DNA of 63,752 bases, filler included, from Octopus bimaculoides (lineage: Eukaryota), in the NCBI RefSeq assembly GCF_001194135.2. It is 5 parts of 4 records of this genome, joined end to end, with 100 filler letters (N's around TTAATTAATTAA, not from the genome) between each part and the next. Parts side by side here need not be neighbours in the genome. Positions count along the whole stretch, not along the records: positions 24,336 to 52,536 come from NC_068987.1; 4 more parts are not named here. One strand, given 5' to 3'. The translations under genes were made by a program, and so were the position numbers. Under the pieces are notes generated by a model. That model did no database searches and had not been told where the DNA came from. It saw nothing but the letters and a program-made list of their open reading frames with translations. The number at the start of each line of letters is the position of its first letter. Position 1 is the stretch's first letter. Positions 25,191 to 37,321 of this stretch are shown in pieces.

Positions 25191-28100
25191 TCAAATGTAA
25201 ATAGTCTTTGCAAGTTTCTTGGGCCAGTGAACAGTTTGACCAGTCCTGGTGACATAGGGTCTGCTCAAGGCAGGTTGCAACGACGAAGATGGTGTTGTCG
25301 GTGCTGGTGTTGTCAAAAGTACATGTGTAGGTGATGGTGTTGTCAAAGGTGCATGTGTAGGTGATGGTGTTGTCAAAGGTGCATGTGTAGGTTCAAAGGT
25401 GGGCGTGGCATTGGTGTTATCAAAAGATGTGGACACCTCAAAATGTGCTCTTTTAAGCCAATCTACAGAGACAGTCTCTGTACGACCATTCATATCAATC
25501 GTAAAAACTTTGGGTGTGCGAGAAAGCACATGAAAGGGTCCTTTATAAGGAGAAACAAGAGGTCCCTTGATAGAGTCATCCCGAACAAAAACATGTGACC
25601 AAGAGTCAATATCTGATGGAACATTAGAGGGTGGAGATTGGTCCTGGGAACCCATGGGTAGAAGATTAGAAAAATAGGTGCGAAGTCTTGCGACATACGA
25701 CGCTGGATCATGATGCTGTGAAGTGTCTGGCACCGACATCGTACCAGGCAATGCTAGTGTGGTACCATACAGCAGCTCTGCAGAGGAGAAACCCAGGTCT
25801 GTCTTGACAGCAGTACAACAGCCAAGAAGCACAATTAACAGAAATTCAGTCCAAGACTGTGGATCTGGAGAGGCACGTAGAGCGGCCTTGAGCTGTCTAT
25901 GAAACCGTTTGACCATCCCCTTGGAAGCTGGATGGTAACTGGTCATGCAAATGTGATGCACACCCAGAATTCATGACAATTTACGGAATAAAGAAGCTTC
26001 AAACTGGCGTCCGCGATCAGTAGTTAATCTGGACAGAACTCCAAAGCGGGAAATCCAGTTAGAAACAAAAGCTTGGGCAACAGATTCAGCAGAAATGTCT
26101 GCTATTGGAATGGCTTCTGGCCAGCAGGAGAAACGGTCAACACAGGTCAAGATATAAGAGAACCTGCGACTGACAGGCCATGGTCCAACCAGATCAATGT
26201 GGACATGGCGAAAACGGGCCTCTAGAGGAGAAAACTGTTCAAGCGGAGCACAAACATGCAGTTGGACATTGGAACATTGGCATTTGGAACAAGTACGTGT
26301 CCAAGAAGTAACTGTGCGATGCATATTTGGTCAGAAAAACGAGTAGTGATAAGCTTAAGTGTAGCATCGATGCCCGGATGCAGCAAGGAGTGCAGGGCCT
26401 CAAACACTGAGCGTTGGTGATTCTCAGGCACAAGTGGCCTGGGAGAACTGGTAGAGGTATCACAAAGAATAGTGCCTTCAGCTGACGGAAGCGGAAGATA
26501 GGCAAATTGGCAACAGGAGAACTTGGGCGAAGTTAAATCTAACTTCGCCAAGGCTGGTTGGTCATGCGAAATGTCAGTCAAATCAATTGCAGCAGGAGAT
26601 GAAAGAGAACAGACTGGAAGGTGAGAAAGCACGTCAGCAGGAACGTTCTCTTTCCCAGGTATGTGACAAATGTCACTGGTAAACTGTGAAATAAAATCAT
26701 AGTGACGGAAAGCACGAGGCGAGAGTTTGTCCATCTTAGACGATAGGGCAAACGTAAGAGGCTTGTGATCAGTATAGATCATAAAATCTCGACTTTTGAG
26801 TTGATGTTGAAAATGATGAACTGATGTGTAGATCGCCAAGAGTTTGTGATGAAAGGTGCTGTATCGCCACTCAGTTGGTTGTAATTGGTGAGAAAAGAAA
26901 GCCAGAGGTCGAGTTCGGTCATCCACTGTGTGTTTCAGCACAACACCAATCGCAGTGTCCGATGCATCCACAGTTAAAGAGAGGGAAGCATTAGGAACTG
27001 GATGTGCAAGCAAAGGGACAGAAGCTATTTCCTTCTTGATTGACTCAAAAGCAGATAATGCTTCAGCTGAGAGGGTGATTTGAGCGTCCTTTTTAGAGGT
27101 GTTCTTTAGTAGCTGGGTCAGAGGAAGTAGCTTATCCACACAACCAGGTATAAAGCGTCAATAGAAATTTACCATGCCAAGATAATGCCTCAACTGATGC
27201 AAAGAAGAAGGAGGTGCAATGCGTTGAATTGCATCAACTTTGGATGAGAGAGGTTTGATGCCACTCGAGTTAATATGATGGCCCAGAAAGTCAATAGAAA
27301 ATTACCCGAAAACACACTTGTCGGGATTAATGCACACACCATAGGTGCAAAGATGCTGAAAAAGCTGAGACAAGTGCCGGAGATGATTCTCATGTGTGTC
27401 GCTTGCAATGAGTATATCATCAATGTAAGCAAACACAAAATCAAGACCGCAGACAAGTTCATCTATGAAATGCTAGAACATACTTGTAGCGTTCCGCAAA
27501 CCAAAATTCATATATAGAAACTCAAAACAACCAAAAGGCGTGGTAATGGCAGTTTTCGGAACATTGGCTGGGTTGACCGGTATCTGATGATAGGCGCAAA
27601 TGAGGTCAACTTTTGAAAAGATGGTACAGCCATGAAGATTCACCGAAAAATCCTGAAGATTCCTTATAGGATATTGGTCAGGTACTGTTACTGCATTGAG
27701 ACGCCTATAATCCCCCACCGGGCGAAAATCAGAATCCTCTTTACGCGCCAAATGAAGGGGAGATGCCCACAGGCTGGTGGAGGGGCATATCAGGCCAAGT
27801 TGGAGCATGTGCTCAAACTCGGCCCTAGCCGTTTTGAGACGGTCAGGTGCAAGACGCCGTGGGCGCGAAAAAACAGGCGGCCTAGTAGTGGTAATAAAAT
27901 GGAGGGTCGAGTGCGCGGGCTTTGCCGGCTGAAAAGTGATGTCTACCAGCTCCAGAAAAGAAGTCAAAAGAGAACGAAAAGCATCTCCAGAGGTGGCAAC
28001 AAAAAATGTCGGGCTAAGAACTGCATTGGTAGAACCTCTAGTTGGCGTAGAGAGTGACGTAGAACCGTCAACTAGCCTCCGTTGCCTGACATCTACCAAT

Positions 28101-28357
28101 AATTTAAAGTGATTCAAAAAATCAGCACCCACAATAGGATGTAGTATGTCAGCAATGACAAAAACCCATTGAAAATCTCGATGATGATTAATATCCAGGC
28201 ATAAAGAAACCTGACCAAAAGTAGCTATGGGAGACGAGTCGATAGCATGCAAAACAATGGAAGAACGCTTAGGCTTGTCTGTAGTGAGACGAAGAGGCCT
28301 AATGCTACAAGAACCAGTGTCAACCATGAAGAATTTCTTCGACACCAGATCTTTCAC
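25191..28357 (-). pseudogene. Gypsy pol broken into four ORFs by frameshifts and stops
   Basis: ORFs 27473-28357, 26222-27139, 25971-26324 and 25191-25961. The integrase catalytic E appears as K (GMVKRFHRQLK). Confidence 0.93.
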
Positions 28358-28418
28358 AAAGAGTGCACGATAAGTAGAGAGGGAAGAGGAGGAAGTTGAC
28401 GTGCTAACTCCTCCAAAA

Positions 28419-29174
28419 CTAGTTTCCAGAGGGTTTTAAACTACAAGGCTGGATGCACTTGTGCACTTTATCTGCAAAGTTGGAGTGGTACCAACACAGC
28501 CTGGAGTGTGACCGAGAGGCACGAGGGGCAGAACGACTGCGACTACACGAACGCGAAAAACATGTATTATCCTGGCACAACGAGTCCATCCATTGTGTGA
28601 GCACATCCAGCTTGTCAGAAATGGCATCATGTGACAAGGAAGAGGAATTAAATGAGGCTGCCAAAGGGGCCTTAGAACAAACGCAAGCACCATGTGATGA
28701 TGGCTGTCTGGAAAATTCTAAAATTTTGTCCACCATAGTGGCGATCTGATCAACGGTGTTGTACTCGAGAGCCATGGCCAAGATCATCTGTATGTCAGAA
28801 GGCAATCTGGAAAAGAAAATTTGCTGCAGAAGAGGCGCATCAGTGGGATCACCACTTGATTCACTCAGACGGCGCAAAAACTGTGACAGGGTTCTGTCCC
28901 CCAATTCTTCGTCTGCCATTAGTTCGCTGAAGTGGCTCTCCACAGACCTGGTGTTGCAACACTGAATCTCCGCTTTAACAGACGCATAAGTGGCGTCTGG
29001 GCTAGGATCTGTAACTAGATCCCTAGCAGAGGTGGCGAGTGGAGCGGCCATGCCACAATACAAAAGCTGCAATTGCTGTGTGGGAGAAATGCCATGAGCC
29101 GAAAAATAGGCCTCAATCTGTGCAAACCACAGAGTTGCATCTCCTGTAAAAAGAGGTAACGTTGGGAGAGACAT
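28419..29174 (-). pseudogene. Gypsy gag
   Basis: 251-aa ORF with typical invertebrate gypsy gag motifs (LGDRT.SQFLRRL, IFFSRLP). Confidence 0.88.
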
Positions 29175-29832
29175 GATGTTTGTTCAAGACACCTGTAACA
29201 GGGAAGGAAGAAAGTGAGTGGAAACAAAGCGATGAGAAAAAAGCAGAAAGATCTCAGAGATGAAACACGAGAAATAAAGAAACCGACCAGTGAACCGACA
29301 GAAATATTTTCGTGGAGCAGTGTGTGCACAAAAAGGGTAAAAAAAATCTGAAGAAAACAATTTTTTTTGGTTTGTTGTGTACTGTATGCAGGGAAAAAAA
29401 ATTCACCAACCTTTGTCGCGCTGAAAAAAAATGAAAAACAAGAAAAAGCACCAGAAAATTAGTGTGCGTGTGTGTACTGTGTGTTTGTTTGTAAGGCTGT
29501 CCTGCTGTTTTTTTTTTCTCTTGAGAATCTGAAAAAAATTAATTTTGCTAGAAGACGAAAGTCAGAAGGTTAATGTCACTACTAAAAATAGTAGTTGAAA
29601 AAAAGCTGTAGAAGCACGTGGTTGAAGAAAGATTGCTCCACAACCCTGATTATGAGCACATGATATCGGCGTTGGTCTGTGTTTTTCTGCCCAAATTGTT
29701 GCGGCTTGATGTCGGAATGACGAAATAACATGAGCATAGACTGACGTGTGAATTTGGTGTTAGTGGAAAAGCTCCGTTTTCCCTTTCACCATTGTGAAAA
29801 CAGGCGCTAGTTAGAATCTTGGCTGTTAATGT

Positions 29833-29850
29833 CCTTCATCGAGGTCACCA
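29833..29850 (-). promoter_or_regulatory. Primer binding site, tRNA-Trp type
   Basis: TGGTGACCTCGATG lies 2 nt inside the LTR end; the complement of the tRNA-Trp 3' end is TGGTGACCCCGACG (two C>T differences). Confidence 0.8.
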
Positions 29851-29852
29851 AT

Positions 29853-30240
29853 TGTAGGAAGTGAATAGCGGAACAAGAATATCCAAACAAATAACAATAT
29901 TTTTCGTCTGTACAAGCGTTACATCTTGGGACGATCAGTAGCCAGGTCACCTTGGTGTGGAAGCAGCAGAGTCGGTTTAATCACAATTGTGAAGGCATTC
30001 TTCAGAGGTTAGCCAACGTCGTGTGATGCCTTCAGTATTCCAGCTACACGGAGCTGGTCGAGTAGCATGCAGCTCGATCGACAGCAGAGGCGAAGAGAAA
30101 GAATGGCAGCCAAGCCTAGCGGCTGCTGATGACTGTGGATGAACATAAGTGGCTTCCAGCAAGCCTTCCAGAAGGCTCTAATTCCTGCGCATGCATGGAT
30201 GAAAATCCCAAAATGGCGACTGGAACCAGGTGTCACTACA
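29853..30240 (-). mobile_element. 5' LTR (388 bp)
   Basis: Termini TGTAGTGAC...TTCCTACA, directly followed by the PBS. Confidence 0.9.
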
Positions 30241-30299
30241 AAAGATATGGAAGTTTTTACAAATCACTACAACTGTTTCGACACATCTAGCATCAATAC

Positions 30300-30419
30300 C
30301 TCAAGGGTGGAATACTTAACAATTGGTTCAGGAGCATCCAATGGTGCAGATGTGTCTCTTCGGGTGATAAACAGATACAACTCATTAAAATAACAGTTCT
30401 GCAATGTATCTTCTTCAGT
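30300..30419 (-). CDS. Candidate internal exon of an unidentified gene (TEEDTLQNCYFNELYLFITRRDTSAPLDAPEPIVKYSTLE)
   Basis: Unique sequence; acceptor ttgctgcttttcttcacaag, donor GAG|gtattg; 120 nt open, phase 0-0. No homology recognised. Confidence 0.35.
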
Positions 30420-31483
30420 CTTGTGAAGAAAAGCAGCAAATCAAAGGATATAGCTTCATTTGTATAGATCAATAATAAAATAACAGCTTCAAAAAAGAAA
30501 CCAACATGCAATACAGTGAAAAACGTATTAAATCTAACCATTAACGGATATAGGTGTATAAATGCCCTTGTGTAGTTTGTATGAGGCATGTACACTCACT
30601 TATACAAATAGATATGAAAGTGTTTGATGTTTATAAGAATGGGGAGGTTAAAGCTAAATTTAATTCATCCATACCTTAAGGTGGATTTACATTAATATTT
30701 ACTCAAATTCATTCTCACTGCATTGTGTGAAAGTGCATTTATATGCATGTAAGCATCTTGAGAGTTTTTCAGAAATTCTATTAATATCCCCACCTTTGAA
30801 TTGAAAGATAGTTTTAATTATTAATAGTAGGAATATGTACATTAAATTATTGAATTATTCTGGAGTCAAATTTACTACAATAAAGAAATATGTAATGACC
30901 ATTATTTGCTTTGTCTTGTATACCACTCTGTGTACAAAACAGTATAACTGGAACACCACCATGGATTTACAGTATGGAATGAATGGTCATGAACTATAAC
31001 CCCTGCCACAAGAATATGTGAAGTTCTTTACTAATCTAAACAATATTGTTAGCCTAGTTTACTAACAAAGCGCTTAAGTGTTTTGCCCGGATTGATAATC
31101 CTTCACTAATAACTTTGTTATATATATATATATTATGTAGTTGTTGGCTATGGTTAGTCAGAAAGTTACCATTGGTTTCACATCTATTATTGCTCTTAGC
31201 AATATAGGCAACTCATCAGACCTGATGGCTGGAGGCACATAACCTCTTTTAAATAACCAAGATCATATAATTCCATGTCCATAAATTTTATAGAATTAAA
31301 AAGGTTATGTGCCATCAGCCAGCAGGTCTGATTAGTTGCCTATATTGCTAAGAGCAATAATAAACATAAAACCAATGCTAATTTTCTAACTGACCATAAC
31401 TAACAAACAACTGCATCACATATTACTGCTCAAAAACTCTGTTTTGCATATGCTTTATTTTCGGACTTATGAACAACTAACTG

Positions 31484-31514
<31 letters not shown>

Positions 31515-31518
<4 letters not shown>

Positions 31519-34250
31519 TCATCATCATCATCGTTTAATGTCCACTTTCCATGCTAGCATGGGTTGGACAATTTGACTGAGGACAGGTGAACCAGATGGC
31601 TGCATCAGGCTCCAATCTGATCTGGCAGAGTTTCTACAACTGGATGCCCTTCCTTCCTAACGCCAACCACTCTGAGAGTGTAGTGGGTGCTTTTATGTGT
31701 CACCAGAACAAGGGCCAGTCAGGCGGTACTGGCAACGGCCACACTCAAAATGTTGTTTTTTATATGCCACCTGCACAGGAGCCAGTCAGCGGCACTGGCA
31801 ACAACATCGCTCAAATGTTTTTTCACATGCCACCAGCACAAGTGCCAGTAAGGCAATGCTGGTAACGATCACGCTCAAATGGTGCCACTGGCATGGAAAC
31901 CAGACAGTTGCTCTGGCAATGATCACGCTCGAATGGCAGAGGTGCCAGTCATCAAATTTGGTTCAATTACGATTTCGATTTCACTTGCTCCAACAGGTCT
32001 TTGCAAGCAGAGTTTAGTGTCCAATGAATGAAAGGTTGGCATGAGTGCCAGTCATCGAATTTGGTTCGATTTCGATTTCACTTGCCTCAACAGGTTTTTG
32101 CAAGCAGAGTTTAGTATCCAATGAAGTAAAGCTATGCATAAGTGGGCTGGCTACACCCCTGGCAGAGGCCACGGATTATGGTCTCACTTGGTTTGCCGGG
32201 TCTTCTCACACACTGCATATTTCCAAAGGTATCAGTCACTAGTCATTGCCTCAGTAAGGCCTGTAGTGACGCCTTTATAGCAGACGACATTTTTGGAGTT
32301 TCTATCCACGCATGCGCAGGGACTAGTTCCGGTAGGAATACAGGAAGAGTCTCATGCGCATGCGTAGTCATCGATATCCAAGCTTCGTGCGGATTTTCAT
32401 CCTCTTTCTCGCTGGCCGGCGAAGGGCCTGGACGTCGTAGCAGCCTCTTTCCAACATTCCAACTCTGGAGCTAGAGAAATAACCACGCAACATCATTGAC
32501 GGCGTCTCAGTAACCAAAGGGCGAAGTGCTGCCGAATTCTATTGTAATAAATATTGTTGTGTTGACAGTTCAGAATCTGCGTTCCGTTGTTTCTTCAAGA
32601 AATTTAATGTACAGAAGCAGAGTACATCTAATGGTGTATAACCACTTCCCTACAAGCCTAATGTTCAGAGGTTGTGCTTCACGACCTCATCCCAGGTCTT
32701 CCACAGGTTCCCTCAATCGCTAGGGTGTGGCTCTTTTTCACACAACTATCCTCATCCATTCTTGCCAATTGTCACTCTTGCACACCACAACTGATGCTTC
32801 TTTGGTCCAACTTTTCTCTCAAGGTACTTACACTCTGTCGTGTTTGCTCACTGACATTACACATCCATTGAAGCATACTGGCTTCATTTCTTGCAAGCTT
32901 ACGCATGTCCTCAGCAGTCACAGCCCATGTTTCACTGTCATGAAGCATGGCTGTTCATACACATGCGTCATATAGTCTGCCTTTGACAGGTCCCTTGACA
33001 CCAACAGAGGTAAGAGCTCTCTGAACTTTGCCCAGGCTATCCTTATTCTAGCAGCTACACTTTCAGTGCACCCTCTGCTGCTACTGACTAAGTAACAAGC
33101 TATCAACTACTTCTAGTTTTTACTCCCTGGAATGTGGCAAAAGTTGTTCTCGCATTTTCAGTGTTTATTGCTCCTGAGCATCTGCCACATACAAAAACTA
33201 TCTTCCTACTTAGTCTTCCTTTGATATTGCTGCACCACTTATGTGTCCATAGCTTACACTGGGTACATCTTATAGAGTTCCTACCAACACCTTTTCTACA
33301 GATTGAGCAGGGCCATCTACCTGAAGGGGCTTGTGTTTTGTCTACCAATTAGCACAAGGTCATCAGCATAGAGGAGCTCCCAGGGGCATCCTGTTTTGAA
33401 TTCCTGTGTTATTGCCTGAAGGACTATGATAAATAAGAGGGGGCTGAGGAGTGAACCTTGATGGACCCCTACCTCTATCCGGAATTCTTCACTGTACTTG
33501 TTGCCAACCCTCACCTTACCGACAGCATCCCTGTACAAGGCTCGCACAGCTCTCACTATCCATTCATCTATCCCTAGTTTCCTCATTGACCAGCAGATAA
33601 GGGAATGGGGGACCCTGTCAAAGGCTTTCGCCATGTCAGTGAAAGCCAGGTACAAAGGTTTATCTTTGGCTAGGTATTTCTCCTGCAGCTGTCTTACCAG
33701 AAATATAGCATCAGTGGTGCTTTTCCCTGGCATGAACCGAAACTGCATCTCATCTAAACTGACTCTCTCCCTCATTAGTTGGGCTATGACCCTCTCCATG
33801 ACTTTCATTACCTGATCCAACAACTTGATACCTCTGTAATTATTTGTATTTAATGTGTCACCTTTACCTTTGTAGCAGTTGACTATGGTGCTGCTACACC
33901 AGTCATTGGGTATGACTTCTTTGTGTATCACCTGGTTAACAATATGGGTGACTAGGCTATAGCTGACACTGCCAGATATTTTGATCATCTCTGCAGTGAT
34001 TCCGGATGGGCCGGGGGCTTTCCCTGTCTTCATACTCTTAATTGCTTTATCTACCATGGTACTGTCAACTTGGGTTGACATTCGGCAGACTCTCTTTCTC
34101 CCATTCATTCTCTTCATTTAGCAACCCTTCATAGTTCCATCTCCATACCTCTCTCTTTGCAGCCTCATTTAATGCAAGTGAACCATCATCCATGTGGACA
34201 CATTTCTCTTCTATGACAACATGATTCTCTCTCACACACTGTCTTGCAAC
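31515..34250 (-). mobile_element. RTE LINE, 5'-truncated, with RT core, PHD-like finger and 3'UTR; interrupted by a solo LTR
   Basis: ORF 33317-34117 NYRGIKLL, MAKAFDRV, GVHQGSLLSPLLF, LYADDLV. The 3'UTR has ~45-bp tandem repeats (31730-31930) and a ~105-bp duplication (31938-32125); tail is (GAT)n. Confidence 0.95.
32262..32654 (+). mobile_element. Solo LTR (393 bp) inside the RTE
   Basis: TGTAGTGAC...CCCTACA; flanks GGCC / AGCC (4-bp TSD, one mismatch); the RTE sequence resumes across it. Confidence 0.88.
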
Positions 34251-34341
34251 ACGAAATACCTCAAGTCTTTGGTCCTCATGGCACAGAACATTGGCAAATT
34301 TTTTCTTATCTGCTTCCCCTCTACCTAAATAAACCTATATA

Positions 34342-34500
34342 TATGAGGGGAGTGCTGAAAGGTCCCTGGCTTTGGATAAAAGAAGATACAGGAGGATCAG
34401 TTAATTATGATGTTATTCAACATATTCCCCTGAGTCACACACTTATTGCAGCCTGTAAAAGAACTCGGAAGGTCATACCTCCAACCAGGATTTTCCGGCT
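34342..34500 (+). mobile_element. Mariner-type TIR fragment
   Basis: TA-TGAGGGGAGTGCTGAAAGGTCCCTGGCTTT resembles mariner TIRs; no partner end seen. Confidence 0.45.
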
Positions 34501-34599
34501 GTACCACCATCTTGCTGTCTCCAAAAAGCTACAAAGGTAAACAAGGGGATTATTTCCCATTGGCTATCAGCTTCTGGCTGCACCATTATCCTGCAGATC

Positions 34600-37140
34600 C
34601 CAAAATGCCAACAGGAATTTCCCCAAATGCAAACATGGCCCAAAAATCTCCATTCTGGAGTTAAGAATGCTCTCTGGCTTTTAGAATTTTCACACATTCA
34701 GCTATGCATAACTTGCAGTACTTCGTCCTGGGTTTTCGAGGATTTTCCATGAGATTGAGTGTGAGATTTCATCATCTCTTAGTTGCCAGACGTAACTAGC
34801 TAGCGATGTTATGTATCTCCTTTCTGGGACCCTGAAGGAGGGTTTATGGTTGGAAATGCGTTGCTTGAAAGAATTCTCAGTACATCCAATGTATTTCCAT
34901 GGGTATGGGTTGTCATTACTGCACCTGTTACTATTGCTGCAGTTGTTGTTGCTGTTGATACTGGAGCTGGGGGTACTGGTGTTGGTGCCAGTGGAGGTGG
35001 TACTGCTGGAGGTGGTGGCAGTGTTGTCAGTAATGTTATCGCCCCTGTGTGTGCTGCTGGTGCTGCACCTGTTGTTGTGGTTATTGTTGCCATTGTTGTT
35101 GTTGTCGATAATGTTGTTGTTGCTGCTGCTGTCATCGATATTGCTGTTGTTGGAACCAAGGCTGCTAGTGTTGTTGTTGGTGCTGCTGATGTTGTTGCTG
35201 CTGCTGTCATCGATATTGCTGTTGTTGGAGCCAGGGCTGCTGGTGTTCATGATTGTGGTGGGGTTTACATTGGTAATGCTATCATCACTGCCAGTTATAG
35301 AGAAGTCACTGTTGTTGTTAATATTGTTGATATTGTAGTTATTGTTGTTGTTATTACTATTATCATTGCCGTCTTCACCAATGGTGGGAGAGCCGCCACT
35401 GCTGTTAGAGGTGTCATTAGCTGTGTTTATGCCGGTGCTTCTGCTTAGGCTGCTGCCATTGCTGTTGTTGTTGTTATAGCTGGCGATGTTTCTGCTGCTA
35501 CTATAGGGTTGTTAGGTCTGCTACTGGTAAGGCTGGCACTGATGGCAATGTTGCTGCTGTTGATGTTAGTGTTGTCCTTGCTGTCATTGTTGCTGCTATT
35601 GCTGATGTCACTAATGCTGTCCACTGTGATGATGGTGTTGTTGGCCCTGTTCTCGTGCCTTTGGCTGCTATTGCTCCTGCTGATGGTATTGGCAGGGTTC
35701 GCTAGTACTTCAGCTTGATAGACAGCCCCTTTGGTTTCGTAGCAGCCTCCTACCAAGCAATTGTTGCGGTTCCTGCATGAACAACCTGCCTCTTCTTGTG
35801 GTTTAGGGGTGCTAACTAGGATGCTCTTAATATTGGGGGCACAACTAAATGAAACCCTAATGTCATGCCTGTTGAAAATGGGCCTGTTCCTATGGGAGCT
35901 AGTGAAGTGCTTGTCTATTAATTTAAGGAATAGTCTACCTATGGGCGTTATTATGTTAAGGGAGAAGATGGGGGCAAACCAAATTGTATTCCTGCGGCGC
36001 TTCTTTCTGTGGCTGTTGGGTTCCAGCATATAGGAGATGTGGTCCCTAAAACCACTGGCAGCTAGGGTTTCATTATAGTATGGGGCTGCTGTGTTGAAGG
36101 CCTCTTGGTTAGAGGAAAGGCTCGAAATCTTCTTACTAATACCCTTTACCAGGTTGTTGAACATTATGGGTGGGTGACAGGAGGCTGTGTTGATGTATGT
36201 TAGCCTCGCATTTGGTTTGTGGTAGGGCCTTTGAGCACCAGAGCCCAAATCGAGTGTAACATCCAAGAAGTCTGCTAAGGTGAGGTTGGTCTCTATGATG
36301 ATCTTCAATCCCACAGAGGCAAACGTGCTGATTAAGTCTTTCCTAGCCTGTCTAGTGTATGGCTGCTTGCTCCCCTAGAGATGGCCAAGGGGTCATCTTT
36401 GTAGGGGCCAAAGAGAACAGAGGGGAACTTTTACCTAAGGGTATCTAGGATATACAACCCTATGAGGTCACATACGTCAGCGCTGTTGTAGGCCCCTATC
36501 GCTACATCTAAGGAGCCCGTGGAGTCAGATTGCTTGACTCATGCTGAACCTCTGTTGAACAGCACTGTCTTTTTGGCATGCATAATAATATCTACATCTC
36601 TTTTGCTAATGCTAGTGAAGCCCCTAGCAAAAGAAAGCGTTTTGGTCAGTAGCCCTTTTGATATAGATGGGTAAAAATTGACTATATCAAATTGGATGAT
36701 CCTTGCTCTGCCTCTTTCCTTGGTGTAAAACCATACGGTCACTTTGCTGGTGCTGTGCAACAAGGAAAGGTTGGTGGCTCACTTTATGACATTGTTGATA
36801 TCTCTCAATATGTGTTTGCTCACCAGAGCAATTTCAGATTTGGCTAGATTGATCAGGTGGCATTTATGGTTAGAAGCAAAGTTCAGTTTATGATCTTTTA
36901 TGGTGATGAAAGCGTTTCTTTTAGCTAGGATCTCTACTCTATCTGCTATCTCTAGTTCATAAGCTAATTTTTTGGCTTCACTATTGATGTTGCTATGTGT
37001 GCAGGGGCAGGGGGGGCACCTATACTTTTGTGTGATTTTATTTTCTAGTAGTCTATCGTATTCTAGGATGTCTAACCTATATAAATTTTTCGTCTTTTCA
37101 GAGAAGATTAGGGACCTATCTGAGCTTTTAATCTTTTAAT
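34600..37140 (-). mobile_element. Penelope-like element (RT plus GIY-YIG), degenerate
   Basis: RT: IIQFDIVNFYPSI, YKDD, ADFLDVTLDL, RPYHKPN, YINTASCHPP; linker IWFAPIFSLN, C.C....C; endonuclease GAVYQAEV ... KYIGCTENSFKQRISNH. Confidence 0.93.
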
Positions 37141-37321
37141 ATATATATATATATATATGTATATATTTAGACTCGTCCCCAGTTCTTCAACATAAAACCA
37201 GACTGAAGTCAATTCCTAGTACAATAAGTGAGGGAAAAATGCAATACTGTCCTAAGAAGGTGCCACCTTCCAACCATGTGTTTTTCTGATAGACACACAC
37301 TCATTGCATCCTCTTCAAGAG

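Larger units (their letters stand above)
25191..30240 (-). mobile_element. Decayed Ty3/Gypsy LTR retrotransposon (5' LTR-PBS-gag-PR-RT-RH-IN; 3' LTR not found)
   Basis: gag 28419-29174 (LWFAQIE..., ends CWYH..F...C..PC..SGN*); protease VDTG; RT RPVGDYRRLN, FSKVDL and frameshifted FAYIDD (~27415); RNase H VDASD, YTDHKPL, ENVPADVLS; integrase HSLLHPG/CSKC, VHIDLVGP, TTDRGRQF. Domain order PR-RT-RH-IN. Confidence 0.96.

Noticed and set aside
28400-28440. Programmed gag-pol recoding at T GGA AAC TAG
   Set aside because: It resembles a G GGA AAC slippery site, but pol is in the +1 frame here and the element has many indels, so the mechanism cannot be inferred from this copy.
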